Source: Candidatus Bathyarchaeota archaeon (GTDB lineage: Archaea > Thermoproteota > Bathyarchaeia > Bathyarchaeales > Bathycorpusculaceae). From it: 64,000 nt of DNA. The notes beneath the pieces were generated by a model. That model saw nothing but the letters and a program-made list of their open reading frames with translations, searched no databases and was not told the DNA's origin. Of the stretch, positions 40,535 through 50,957 are shown in pieces; the first letter of the stretch is position 1; the number at the start of each line of letters is the position of its first letter. Made by a program: the position numbers and the translations under genes. Location of the stretch: assembly GCA_963780185.1 (NCBI GenBank), contig CAWABA010000001.1, forward strand, positions 64,001-128,000, written 5' to 3'.

Positions 40535-41917
40535 TTATTTGCTGAGTTTCAGCTTGGTGTACGCGTAAAGGTTGTAGGCGACGACTAGGGCGGTGTTGAG
40601 TTTGAATCTTCTTCTTTTGTCAAAGTAGTATCCTCTCCGCAGGTAGAAGTGCATGTAGGCAGCTTGGCGTAGTTTTCCAAGTTCTTTCATGCTCATTGTC
40701 GGCGTTTCGAAGATGGGGTGGCAGGTGTCGTACATGTCAAAGTCCGTAACTCTGAGCCAGCCTTTCTCCTTAACCATGTCATACATCGGCGTCCCTGGAA
40801 AAGGCGTCGCGACGTTGTAGAAGCCTGTGTCATGGGGCGAAATCTTTTCGACGAAGCGGATGGTTTTCCACGCGCTCTCCTTGGTTTCGCCTGGGAACCC
40901 TAAGATAACGTTCGGGATTGGCGTCATGCCCATTTCTTCGAGCCAGCCCAGAACTTTCATGGTTAATTCGGGACTAATGCCTTTTTTCATGGCGTCCAGT
41001 ACCTGTTGAGAGCCCGATTCGACGCCGAACCACACGGTGATGCAGCCCGCGTTCTTCATTTTCACAAGCAAGTCTTTGGTAAGCATGTCTACTCGTGTTC
41101 CGCAGTTCCACTCGATTTTTAAGCCGCGTTTGAGGATTTCGCTGCATAGCTCTTCGGTTCGGGGCTGATCCACGGTGAAGGCGTCGTCGCAGAACGTGAA
41201 TTTGCTGATGCCGTAGGTTTTGTGCAGTAGTTCGATTTCGTCGACGACGTTTTTGGGGCTGCGCATGCGGTATTTGCGCCCGTGCATTCGTACGGTTGAG
41301 CAGAATTCGCACCAGTAAACGCAGCCGCGGCTTGTTGCAAGGTAGAGTATGTCTTCTAATTCGCGAAAACGCTCCATCGGCCAAAGATGACGCGCTGGAA
41401 ACGGCAAGGAATCTAAATCTTCAATGTATGGTCGATCGGGGTTTCTGACGATTTTTCCGTCTTTCCTACATGTTGTCCCGACGACGTCGTCGAAGCTTTT
41501 GCCTTCCTCAACCCGCTGCGCCAACTCCAAAAGGGTATATTCGCCTTCTCTTCTCACAACAACATCCAGTTGCGGGCACTCCTCAAGCGCTTTGTCATCC
41601 CAAAACGTAACGTGCGCTCCGCCAGCAACGGTAATGCATTTGGGGCAAGCTTCCTTGACGATTTTAACCAGTTTCATCGCGGTGTTATAGGTCAGCGTTG
41701 AAGAAGTAAACCCGACAATGTCAGGTTGACGCTTCGCAATCTCACTTCTAAAATCTTCAAACGACAACTTAAGCACTTGACAATCAATAACATCAACCGG
41801 GAACTGGTTTTTCTCCAGCACCGCGCCTAAATATCCTAAGCCTAAAAGCGCAAACGGCAAATGCATCACAGCCATAGCTGGAGCCGCCGGGTTAACGAGG
41901 GTTACATGAGGCTTCAT
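40535..41917 (-). CDS. Cobalamin-dependent radical SAM enzyme (#5)
   Basis: MKPHVTLVNP, GGAHVT, RREGE, SRGCVYWCEFC, FGVESGS, TPFPGT. Confidence 0.92.
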   Translation of the reverse strand: MKPHVTLVNPAAPAMAVMHLPFALLGLGYLGAVLEKNQFPVDVIDCQVLKLSFEDFRSEIAKRQPDIVGFTSSTLTYNTAMKLVKIVKEACPKCITVAGGAHVTFWDDKALEECPQLDVVVRREGEYTLLELAQRVEEGKSFDDVVGTTCRKDGKIVRNPDRPYIEDLDSLPFPARHLWPMERFRELEDILYLATSRGCVYWCEFCSTVRMHGRKYRMRSPKNVVDEIELLHKTYGISKFTFCDDAFTVDQPRTEELCSEILKRGLKIEWNCGTRVDMLTKDLLVKMKNAGCITVWFGVESGSQQVLDAMKKGISPELTMKVLGWLEEMGMTPIPNVILGFPGETKESAWKTIRFVEKISPHDTGFYNVATPFPGTPMYDMVKEKGWLRVTDFDMYDTCHPIFETPTMSMKELGKLRQAAYMHFYLRRGYYFDKRRRFKLNTALVVAYNLYAYTKLKLSK

Positions 41918-42023
41918 TTTCTGCTTCACAGCTCACTTTACCCCTCAAAAAGAACCGTTTCATGCTTAAACATTTCGCATTTTAGAAGCGAAACCGAACA
42001 AAGGAAGATTTTGGAAGAATTTT

Positions 42024-43047
42024 TTATTCTTTGGGCCAGTATTTTGGTTTCATGCAATCGCCTTCAAGCAGCGACGGAAACAAGTTTAGAGGCCATGAAT
42101 GCGGGGCAGGAACTGGGAAAACATCGGCTTTCTCCACCCCTGGGATCCTGATAATTTTCCCATAAACTTCAAAAAACCTCTCGAAATCCTCAAGAGGAAT
42201 TGCACAGTACAAATCGTAGGGACCCATCAGCCTTATGATGACTATTACGTTTGGGATCTGCAGCAGCTGGGTATAGATGTCTGGCATTTTGCTGCGGTTT
42301 GAAAGTTTTATGTACACGTTTGCCTAGCGCTTGGTAACCGAGCTTATGCAAGTTAACCGTTATGGTTGAAAGCGTCAGCAGCCCTCCTCGAAGCTTCTTG
42401 TATCGTTGGATCACCGTTTTGCTTGAAATCTGCAACTCGGCTGCAATGTTCTTAAACGGCGTTCGAGAGTTCTGTGAAAGAATCAAGGCAATTCTCTTAT
42501 CAACATCATCCAAGTCAATTGACGCATGCATATGGTTGTTTAAAGTGGGCGGCTCAACGGTTTTTCGCGTGTCCTTCTGACCAAGCGGCTTGATAATTAG
42601 GTTCGCGGGAAACTCGACGTTTACCGCCTCTGCCCAAATCAATGCATCAACATGTTTGATGTTGCCGTTTGACTCTAAATCTTCAATTATGTCGCGCAAC
42701 TTGTGAAGGTCGCGCAATGCAACTTTTCCGAAAAAACTGTAGTGCCCCATGGGACCTACTAGCTCGCCTATGTAAGGTTTACTTTCAATAAATTTTCTAA
42801 CTTCTTTCTCGTTTTCAACCGAAGTTATCATTCCCAAATCAGCGATATGCTGATACCCCAAGCTGTGAGGGTTAACAAGCATCTTTTCGCCGTTGATTAC
42901 ACCGTCTCGCCACAACCGTTTATACCGCATTCGGACGGCAGTCACAGTGATTTTGCATTCGCCAGCGATGTCTGTGAAACTAGTTCGCGACTCTAAAAGT
43001 AGGATTTTAATAATTCTCGCATCAACTGCATCTAACTTTGCCGCCAA
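42024..43047 (-). CDS. Tandem (double) Lrp/AsnC-family transcription regulator (frameshift near 42320)
   Basis: Two LD.VD.RI...L...SRT.F..IA HTH units, each followed by a RAM-like domain (MGHYS / MGPYDL). Confidence 0.85.
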
Positions 43048-43097
43048 ACTCCTTGAACCCTTTAACTCTTGAAATCAACAGCCAAATCATATGACTC

Positions 43098-43148
43098 TTT
43101 TATATAAAATTTCTCTTCACAATATTCAAAGAATAGTTCTATTGTGAA
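43098..43148. promoter_or_regulatory. Palindromic TATA-like box plus 9-bp inverted repeat in the Lrp / surface-protein divergent region
   Basis: TTTTATATAAAA (43098-43109) and TTCACAATA-N15-TATTGTGAA (43116-43148). Confidence 0.5.
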
Positions 43149-43557
43149 ACTGAAGACGCTTGTTTCTACGGCGCCCTCCGCCCAGGTTTCAAATGTGGCT
43201 AAAACAGAAAACTCTTATACCCGTCCAACTTCGTACCTTTACAGCAAAACATAGAGCTTGCTTGGTTTTCAAACACCACCTCAATTTGGCGTTACGCTGG
43301 CGCATTTAACGCAACTGTTCTGATTGAAAGACGATTACCCGCACCGTTAGAGAACTCTGATTTTGTAAAAAACCAAGTGAGCTTCACTAAGCGTCTTGGC
43401 TTTGTCAACCGATTTTTTAGTGTAAACACTGAGCATAAAAGATTTCAAAAAGATACTTTCTCGGGGGAAAAGAAGCGCTAATTTGAATGCTCAACAATAA
43501 ATTTATAAGCAAATTTCTCTGTAGTAATAATTACCGATTTTATAGGAGAAAGAAAAA

Positions 43558-46272
43558 ATGCAAATTGGAAAAAACAAAGAATTGTCAATTGCACTTTCGA
43601 TACTCTTCATATTCTCAATGACAGCTTCAATGATGCTTATACCCACAGCCAATGCACACACGCCACGTCTGCAAATTCCAACATACGCTTTCGTTAACGT
43701 AGCACCTAATCCAATTGGTATTGGTCAACAATGTTACGTTATCATGTGGCTGGACAAACTTTACGAAAACGCATACATTGCCACTCCCTACAGATTCCAT
43801 AACTATCAGCTAGTCATCACAGATCCCAACGGCAAGAACACCACAGCGAATTTCCCAATCATCTACGACACAACCTCCGCGCAAGACTATGCATTCACTC
43901 CAGATACAGTTGGCACCTACACGGTCACATTCATCTTCCCAGGGCAGACAATAACGGCTGACAACGCAGCTTCAGGTGATGCATTCATCAACGACACCTA
44001 CCTACAAAGCAGTGCCTCAACAACTCTCACCGTTCAGTCTTCACCCATTGCAGCAGCCATAGGAAGCGGACCACTACCAACGGCTTACTGGACTCGACCA
44101 ATATACGGTGAAAACACCTATTGGTACACCCTCTCATCAAATTGGCTGGGAACAACATGGCCAGGCTACGCAGCTTGGGGTACTTTTACTGCAAATTCGC
44201 AGTCATACCCGGGCGACGCAGTCGGATCACTGACAAGCCACATCATGTGGACTAAGCCCATACAATCTGGTGGAGTCGTCGGAGGAAACACTTATCCAGC
44301 ACTACCAGGCAACACGTGGTTCGAAGGATCAGCTTACAGTCAAAGATACGAGAACCCAATAATTGTCGATGGAATGCTATTCTACAATACACCACTCGGC
44401 TGGTCAGGTGTCGCAGGCTCATTCAACGCAGGCGAGGCATATGGACCAGAAACAGCCGTTGACCTACAAACAGGAAAAGTACTCTGGACTAACCCGAACA
44501 TGGGAGCAATATCCTTCGCGTACGTCTACGATGCTGAAGACCCCAACCAACACGGCGTATGGCCACCAGTGCTGGTCAGATCCACCGTCAGCAGCGGACT
44601 CTTCGGAGCAGCCCCAGGCAACTGGTACGGCTACGATGCCTTCACAGGGGAATCGATTTTCAACGTAACCAATGTCCCCGCAGGAACAGTCATGCTTGGC
44701 CCATCAGGTGAATATCTGTCACTATCCTTCGTAAACTACGGCCCAACCACTATGACTCCGTATGGTCCAGTTCCTTCAGGCCCAGTTAAAGTGTACCTAC
44801 AAGAATGGAACTCATCAAGACTTTGGGACAACACATACTCAGGTCCGTCAACAGTACCAAACCTGCAGCCGCCAATAGCCGACGGATCCAATCCAAGCCT
44901 GTTAGACTTCAACATTTCGTTGCCAACCCTTACCAGCGTACCTACGATAAATGATGCTTTCTACAACAAGGAACTGATCGTAAACACCGGCTCGTTCCCA
45001 GGACCAGGCGATTTCGCTGGATCTCCACCTTGGTCAGAGTCACCATACACCTACTATGGCATCAACATGGCAGCAGGCAGCATCGGCAGTATTCTCTGGA
45101 GTAACACAATTCAAGCACCAGCAGGCAACATCTCAGTATCAGCAGGTCCCGCAGATATAACAGCTGACAACGGTCACGGAGTCTTCACAGAAGCCTACAA
45201 AGAAACCATGCAGTGGGTAGGCTACAGCATGGCGGATGGCCACAAATTGTGGGGTCCAACCGCGCCTATGGCGTCTCTTGACTACTACGGCAACCCAGCA
45301 GTTCCAATCATCGGCGGAGTTGCTGCAAACGGAAAACTCTACAGCACAGGATACGCAGGAATACTCTACTGTTGGGACTTGACTACTGGAAACCTACTGT
45401 GGACTTGGGGTAATGGCGAAATCGGCTCAAGCAACAGCTCATTCGCTGGCTTCAACTCGCCGTTCGGTGTCTATCCGATGCAGATCAATGCCATCGGCGA
45501 CGGCGTAGTATACATGGTCACTACAGAGCACACAATTGAAACACCGCTCTTCAAAGGTGGATTTGAATCCGCTATTAACGCGACAACTGGTCAACTCATC
45601 TGGACGCTTTCAGGATACACTGGTGAATTCTTCACAATTTCATATGCTATGGCAGACGGCTATAACACTTGGTTCAACGGCTACGACAACTCAGTCTATG
45701 TTGTAGGCAGAGGACCCAGCCAAACAACCGTCAACGCACCAAACACTGCAACGGAAGTCGGAGTACCAGTAGTAATACGCGGCTCAGTCACGGACACTGC
45801 AGCAGGCACACAGGGAACACAGCAGAAAGGCGACTTTCCAAACGGTGTCCCATGCTCATCTGACGCAAGCATGACAGATTGGATGGGCTACGTCTACCAG
45901 CAACAGGCTATGCCAACCAACTTCACAGGCGTTAAAGTGCAAATCGCTGTCTTAGACTCTAACGGAAACCACTACACAGTCGGAACAGCAACAACTGATG
46001 CAAGCGGCATGTACACCCTCACCTACACACCAACAATCTCAGGCAACTACACAGTATTCGCCACCTTCGCAGGCACCAACGGTTACTGGCCATCATCAGC
46101 TGAATCAAGCTTCTACGCTACTGGATCTCATGCAACCATAGCGCCAACCGCATCACCGCTCACTGGGATAGCAAGTACATCCACAGTCGAATACGTTGGT
46201 ATCGCAACCATAATTGTGATAATCATAATCGGCGCAGTACTCGCACTGTTAATGACAAGAAGACACCCATAA
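43558..46272 (+). CDS. Large PQQ-like beta-propeller cell-surface protein
   Basis: SD GGAGA, signal peptide, VAPNPIGIGQ, PLPTAYWTRPI, H.MWTKP...GG, several DL.TG..LW blades and a C-terminal TM helix. Confidence 0.85.
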   Translation: MQIGKNKELSIALSILFIFSMTASMMLIPTANAHTPRLQIPTYAFVNVAPNPIGIGQQCYVIMWLDKLYENAYIATPYRFHNYQLVITDPNGKNTTANFPIIYDTTSAQDYAFTPDTVGTYTVTFIFPGQTITADNAASGDAFINDTYLQSSASTTLTVQSSPIAAAIGSGPLPTAYWTRPIYGENTYWYTLSSNWLGTTWPGYAAWGTFTANSQSYPGDAVGSLTSHIMWTKPIQSGGVVGGNTYPALPGNTWFEGSAYSQRYENPIIVDGMLFYNTPLGWSGVAGSFNAGEAYGPETAVDLQTGKVLWTNPNMGAISFAYVYDAEDPNQHGVWPPVLVRSTVSSGLFGAAPGNWYGYDAFTGESIFNVTNVPAGTVMLGPSGEYLSLSFVNYGPTTMTPYGPVPSGPVKVYLQEWNSSRLWDNTYSGPSTVPNLQPPIADGSNPSLLDFNISLPTLTSVPTINDAFYNKELIVNTGSFPGPGDFAGSPPWSESPYTYYGINMAAGSIGSILWSNTIQAPAGNISVSAGPADITADNGHGVFTEAYKETMQWVGYSMADGHKLWGPTAPMASLDYYGNPAVPIIGGVAANGKLYSTGYAGILYCWDLTTGNLLWTWGNGEIGSSNSSFAGFNSPFGVYPMQINAIGDGVVYMVTTEHTIETPLFKGGFESAINATTGQLIWTLSGYTGEFFTISYAMADGYNTWFNGYDNSVYVVGRGPSQTTVNAPNTATEVGVPVVIRGSVTDTAAGTQGTQQKGDFPNGVPCSSDASMTDWMGYVYQQQAMPTNFTGVKVQIAVLDSNGNHYTVGTATTDASGMYTLTYTPTISGNYTVFATFAGTNGYWPSSAESSFYATGSHATIAPTASPLTGIASTSTVEYVGIATIIVIIIIGAVLALLMTRRHP

Positions 46273-46292
46273 AACAGCCATGGGAAAAAACA

Positions 46293-46324
46293 ATTTCCCT
46301 CTCTTCTTTTTTTTATTTTAGTTT
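46293..46324 (+). terminator. Archaeal T-rich terminator
   Basis: tttccctctcttctttttttta tract after the stop at 46272. Confidence 0.5.
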
Positions 46325-46404
46325 AAAGCAGCATTTTTTCAAATTATTTAAATCTTGAAAAGCGTTTATTGGCAAGGCTAACCCGCTAAAGTAGGGACTA
46401 CACT

Positions 46405-47220
46405 TTGCTTCAAGACCCAACGCTTAAAGAAAAAATTCATCAGGCAAACATATCCGTTCACCATCTTGAAGCACAATACTATGAACTTCTTCACCCCGAA
46501 GTGTACTCTAAACAGGAACAAAAAAGAATAACAGCTAAACTGAAAATGATCGACAAGCTTGTGACAGATAACCGCAAGATGGCTCTGGACTTTGGAGCAG
46601 GCACAGGCAACCTGACAGGCAAGCTTTTGCACTTGGGCTACACGGTTACAGCTGTAGATATCTCGCAGGAAATGTGCGGGATCCTGCAGAAAAAATACTT
46701 TGCCTACATGCAAAGCAAAAAGTTAACCGTGGTTTGCTCGCCTATTGAGGAGTTGACTTTTGAAGAGGGGCAATTTGACTTAATCACATGTTACTCTGTG
46801 CTGCATCATTTGCCCGACTACGTCGGCGCCCTCCGTTGCCTCTCTGTTTTTCTTAAGGAAGGCGGAGTCATCTACCTTGACCATGAAGCATCCCCTTTCT
46901 ACTGGAAAAATGAGCCAACCATGCTTGCAAGCCTTGTGAAAGGAATCTATTTGCATTCAAACCCGCTGTTAAACAGCTTGTACTTTCAAATGACTGGTTT
47001 GAGGGTTCCTTCAATCGATTATGAGTTGTCGGATTATTGGCATAAAAAAGAGCATGCGCTAGACCACGGCAGCATCGGGCAAGTGTTCAAAGACGAAAAC
47101 TACGAGTTTTCAACACGCACAGACTACTATGAAACCAGCACTTGGATTCCCAGCCCACTATCCATCATTTACCGTCTGTTGTGCAGCCCCGAAATGAGCT
47201 GTTGGATAGCCAAAAAGTAG
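46405..47220 (+). CDS. Class I SAM-dependent methyltransferase
   Basis: ALDFGAGTG, AVDISQEM, FDLITCYSVLHH, LKEGG. Confidence 0.9.
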   Translation: MLQDPTLKEKIHQANISVHHLEAQYYELLHPEVYSKQEQKRITAKLKMIDKLVTDNRKMALDFGAGTGNLTGKLLHLGYTVTAVDISQEMCGILQKKYFAYMQSKKLTVVCSPIEELTFEEGQFDLITCYSVLHHLPDYVGALRCLSVFLKEGGVIYLDHEASPFYWKNEPTMLASLVKGIYLHSNPLLNSLYFQMTGLRVPSIDYELSDYWHKKEHALDHGSIGQVFKDENYEFSTRTDYYETSTWIPSPLSIIYRLLCSPEMSCWIAKK

Positions 47221-48625
47221 CTAGGCGATTCCTTCGGTTTTGTGTGCGCCGGGGTTTAGTCTGCGTTTGGCAAAGTTTATGGCGCCTTCACGTCTGACCC
47301 GCTTGATTATCTGTTTGGGTGAGCGGTGGAAATCTATGAAGAATCTTCGCTGAACTGCAAGCAGCGAGTTGTAGTCCCACTCTTTGGTTTTCACCGCGAG
47401 CAAGAAGTCGTCGAGTTGCGTGTAGCTTTTTGAGTCTAAGAGTTCTTGGTAGAGTCGGCTGTCCGGGTTAGCTATGAAGACGTTGAAAATGCACCAGTCG
47501 GGGCTCAAGCTTCTTGGCAAACTTTGAGCGACATCTCCATGTCCTTGAGCGTTTCGTCGGGAACCCCAAGCATAAACGAGCAAGCCGTCTGTATCCCGAG
47601 TTTGCGGCAAAGCCTAAAAGCGGTTTCTATCTGCTCAAGCGTTGTGTTTCGCCCGATGCGCTGCAGAACCCGTTGCGAACCCGATTCCACGCCAAACCAA
47701 ATCGTCTTGCAACCTGCTTTCTTCATGGTCTCCAAAAGTTCTTGATTAACTAAATCGACGCGGGTGTCGCATACCCACTCTAAATCCAGCTTGTTCTCAA
47801 CCATCAAGTTGCATAGTTGGACGGTTTGGTTTTTTCTGAGGGTAAAGTTGTCGTTGATGAAGTAGATTCCTTTGGTGCCGTACCTGCTTTGCAAATCCTT
47901 AATTTCGCCGATGACCCGCTGCGGACTGAAACCTCGGCAGATGTTTCCCCAGAGCTTTTTGGTTTCGCAGAAGCCGCAGTTGTAGACGCATCCCCGCGAG
48001 ATGCTCATGATGTCTGCGGGTTTAACGCCTAAGTATTCAACTGTCCTGTCGTAGAGCTCCAACTGCAGAAGGTGTCTTGCTGGGTAGGGGATTTCATCCA
48101 TGTTTTCGATGAATTTAGGCGGGTTCTTGATGTTTACGCCCAGATGCTTGCAGGCGACGCCGGGTATCGTCAAGGCGGCGGGTTCGTCGCCGTTTGTTAT
48201 GCAGGTGGCAAGCTGGGTCATTGCCGCGTTCGCCTTCGCCCATGACGACGTAGTCGATTTCGGGGTTGTCCAGCAGGCTGTCGGGTACGTAGCTGGCGTG
48301 CCATCCGCCGACGACGATTTTGCAGTCTGGGCAGGGTTTGTTTGATGGCTTTTGCGGTTTCTATGCAGCGTGCGTAGGTTGCTGAGCCGCAGGTGATGCC
48401 GACGATTTGCGGGTTAAGCTTAGACACAAACTGCTTGACTTCGTCAATGGGCTTCTTTTGCAGGTAGTTGTCGAGCATCTGCACCTCAAAGCCCGCTTTC
48501 TCAAGAGCCGCAGCAACATACATCAAGCCTATCGGAGGCAGCCGTTTGCCATGGTACCACGCGCTGTTTTCGGGAGGAGCAGTAGTCATCAAAAGAATCA
48601 AATCAGCAACCCCCAACCCAAACAC
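47221..48625 (-). CDS. Cobalamin-dependent radical SAM enzyme (#6, frameshifted into three ORFs)
   Basis: LLMTTAPPE...RLPPIGLMYVAA, SRGCVYNCGFC, FGVESGS, DWCIFNVFIANP. Confidence 0.85.
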
Positions 48626-48759
48626 CCAGCAAACCCAACGACACCTCTGTCCCCCATGAAACGTTTGCTAACCCAAAACAGAAGGCAACCTAATAGCTTT
48701 AACTGAAACCCACACCCCGCCCCTCCGCCGCCGAAAAATGCTGAAATGGCAGATTCAAC

Positions 48760-49000
48760 CCATATTTGTGATGAGGTTTTGGTCACAAATACTAGACCCC
48801 CTCCCTCGGTCGTTTGTATCCATCTTTACGTTGGTATTTTGAGGTAAAAATGGGGTACCCTCCCCATGTTGGCGGCTTTTGCTTGGGGCTTGTTTCGGGT
48901 TGCTTTTTTGGTTTAGGTTGTAATTCTGTTGTGGGCTTGGATTGGAAAGGCGTGGGAAAGAGGCGTTTTTGTCTTGCAGTTTTGTAATATTTCAAAAGTT
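48760..49000 (-). repeat. Dispersed intergenic element, copy 5 of 5, with a duplicated 3' module
   Basis: Palindrome at 48980-48997; core 48820-49000 has GGGGAGGGTACCCCATTTTTAC; a second module at 48760-48811 reads ACCGAGGGAGGGGGTCTAGTATTT...CACAAATATGG. Confidence 0.88.
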
Positions 49001-49098
49001 CATGGGCTCGGCGTTTTGCAATAAAGCACCCGGAAAGTCTACTCCCGTTGACGCCATTGCCGGTTGTCTTTAGACTCAGAAACTGTCACAACCCAATT

Positions 49099-49898
49099 TT
49101 ACCTAACCTTTCTTCGGTGACTTATCCACGGCTTCGCGGACTGGCGGTTTTTTCGATGCCTAACTATCACAGCAACAGAGAAGATAGAAAGAAGCATAGG
49201 CACAATCACCAAACAAGAAAGCTCTGGAACGGCAGCGGTTGAAGTTGAAGTTGAGGATGAACTTGGTGTCAGATTGAGGTTGGTAAAGTGGTTGAAACTG
49301 AATCATCAGCCAAGTTTATAGTTTGTGTTGGACTCCAATCACTTGAATATCCGTGATGTTATAATAATATGGAAAGATGTGATCGTATCTGTAGGTGGTT
49401 AGATAGCCTATTGATGCTTGCACTTGAAAGTCCATTTGACCTTCATATAGGAATATTTTGATTGAATTCCATAACAGTGATATTAGTGAATTGTACGTTT
49501 TCTCATGATATGGATTTATCCCTGGGTCACTTCCATTGGGGACCAAAAGTTATACAGATGTCCAATTTGGAGTGAAATGTCCTTTGAATGACGCTATAGA
49601 ACAAGTTTATTGTTTCATAGATTGTTTTGTCATAATATTGGTTGAATGGTTGATTTACAACTGTGATTTCTATGTTTTCTTAGCTTCATACTGACTGCCA
49701 CTGTTGTAGTTGTTTTTCCTGTGTAAGGGTCAATGAGGTTGTTGGGGAATAGTTAGTGAGGATCGAGAAGTCTGACTGAAAACTGCGGAAGGAAGTATTG
49801 GTTGAGCATTTGCAGGTTTAACCATTAATAAGACCTACACATGAGATAGCCATTGTTAGAATCAGGACTAAAGCCAAACCCTTACTTAGACAGCCCAT
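49099..49898 (-). pseudogene. Fragmented secreted-protein gene, paralog of 59350-60219
   Basis: MGCLSKGLALVLIL signal, IDPYTG, DFQVQASIG and AVPEL-TM-RHRK pieces in different frames. Could be read error rather than true decay. Confidence 0.6.
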
Positions 49899-50115
49899 AA
49901 TAACTCATGCGCTCAAGTTTGAGATAAAAGCCTATTCGTAAAGATTCCTTGACTAAGCCAAGTCAAAGTTTCTTGACTGAACTCCTCTTTCAATTATTTC
50001 CATTAGGCTCCGAAAATCCAGCCGTAAGCTTTGAACGAGCAGGCTCTGCAAGATTCGCTTTTATGAAAAGGTTTATAGCCCTTTTAAGAGCCTTTCCAAC
50101 CGAAGAGGGGTTCAC

Positions 50116-50853
50116 GTGAAAGTTGTTGTTCACTGGAGCGGAGGAAAAGAATGCTGCTTAGCCTACCACAAAGTCATCGCGCAGGGGCATCAAGTTGCTT
50201 GCCTTCTCAGCTTCGAATACCAGCGTCCCTACGTCTTCCACAGTTTCCAGCTGATGCAGCTTCAATCCCAAACGTTGGCGACACCGCTTAAGGTTGTGCG
50301 GATAAAGAAGCCTTACGAGGACATTCTTGGCGCCCTTGGCAAGCTGAAGGATGAGGCGGGCATCGAAGGCATCGTTACAGGCGACATAGCTGGTGCAGGA
50401 TGCGCCATCGTGCACAGCAGCTACTATGAGAGTATGGCTAAACAGTTGGGGTTAGCTTTCTTGATGCCTAACGAAGGCGACACATACGAAGTGCTAAAAG
50501 ACACCGTGGACAGAGGTCTAAGACCCGTCTTGAACTGCGTCAACACCAACTTTTTCGGCGAAGAGTGGCTGGGACGCAAACTTGACCCCGAATCCGTCAA
50601 GGAACTCAAAGCGTTAGCCGACGAAAAAGGCATCGACGTAGCCAGCGAAGACGGGCAAGGCTACCACAGCACCGTGGTTGAAGCGCCGCTATTCAAGGAA
50701 TCCTTAGTCATCGACAAGTTCAAAACCAAGAAAAAGAAGGAAAAATCGAAGAATTGGAAACGAAACTGGCTTTACATGGACATCAAAGAATGCCATCTGA
50801 CACCCGAAAGAAACACCCAACATAAGATTCCCTATCCGTTTTTGAGCGCCTAA
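50116..50853 (+). CDS. Dph6-like PP-loop ATPase, paralog 2
   Basis: VHWSGGKEC, EGIVTGDI, WLGRKLD, GYHSTVVEAPLFK. Confidence 0.82.
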   Translation: MKVVVHWSGGKECCLAYHKVIAQGHQVACLLSFEYQRPYVFHSFQLMQLQSQTLATPLKVVRIKKPYEDILGALGKLKDEAGIEGIVTGDIAGAGCAIVHSSYYESMAKQLGLAFLMPNEGDTYEVLKDTVDRGLRPVLNCVNTNFFGEEWLGRKLDPESVKELKALADEKGIDVASEDGQGYHSTVVEAPLFKESLVIDKFKTKKKKEKSKNWKRNWLYMDIKECHLTPERNTQHKIPYPFLSA

Positions 50854-50957
50854 CTGTCCTGCCGAGTTTGTTAAATCGGCGTCTGACAGAAAATTGTGTG
50901 TTTTTGCATAAAGTAAATGAACCCCAAGGCATAAACTCTATTGCTTCAGGGAAGAAC

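Noticed and set aside
42024-43047. Fused siroheme decarboxylase AhbAB
   Set aside because: Lacks the H.Y.R motif of AhbA/B; has ordinary Lrp G.YD-type RAM motifs and sits divergent from a likely target gene.
6333-49000. The dispersed element as CRISPR, MITE/IS, ORB or dif site
   Set aside because: Copies are kilobases apart with no spacers or cas genes, no terminal inverted repeats or TSDs were seen, there is no ORB-type TCCA..GAAAC core or cdc6, and the palindrome lacks the 6-bp spacer of dif sites.
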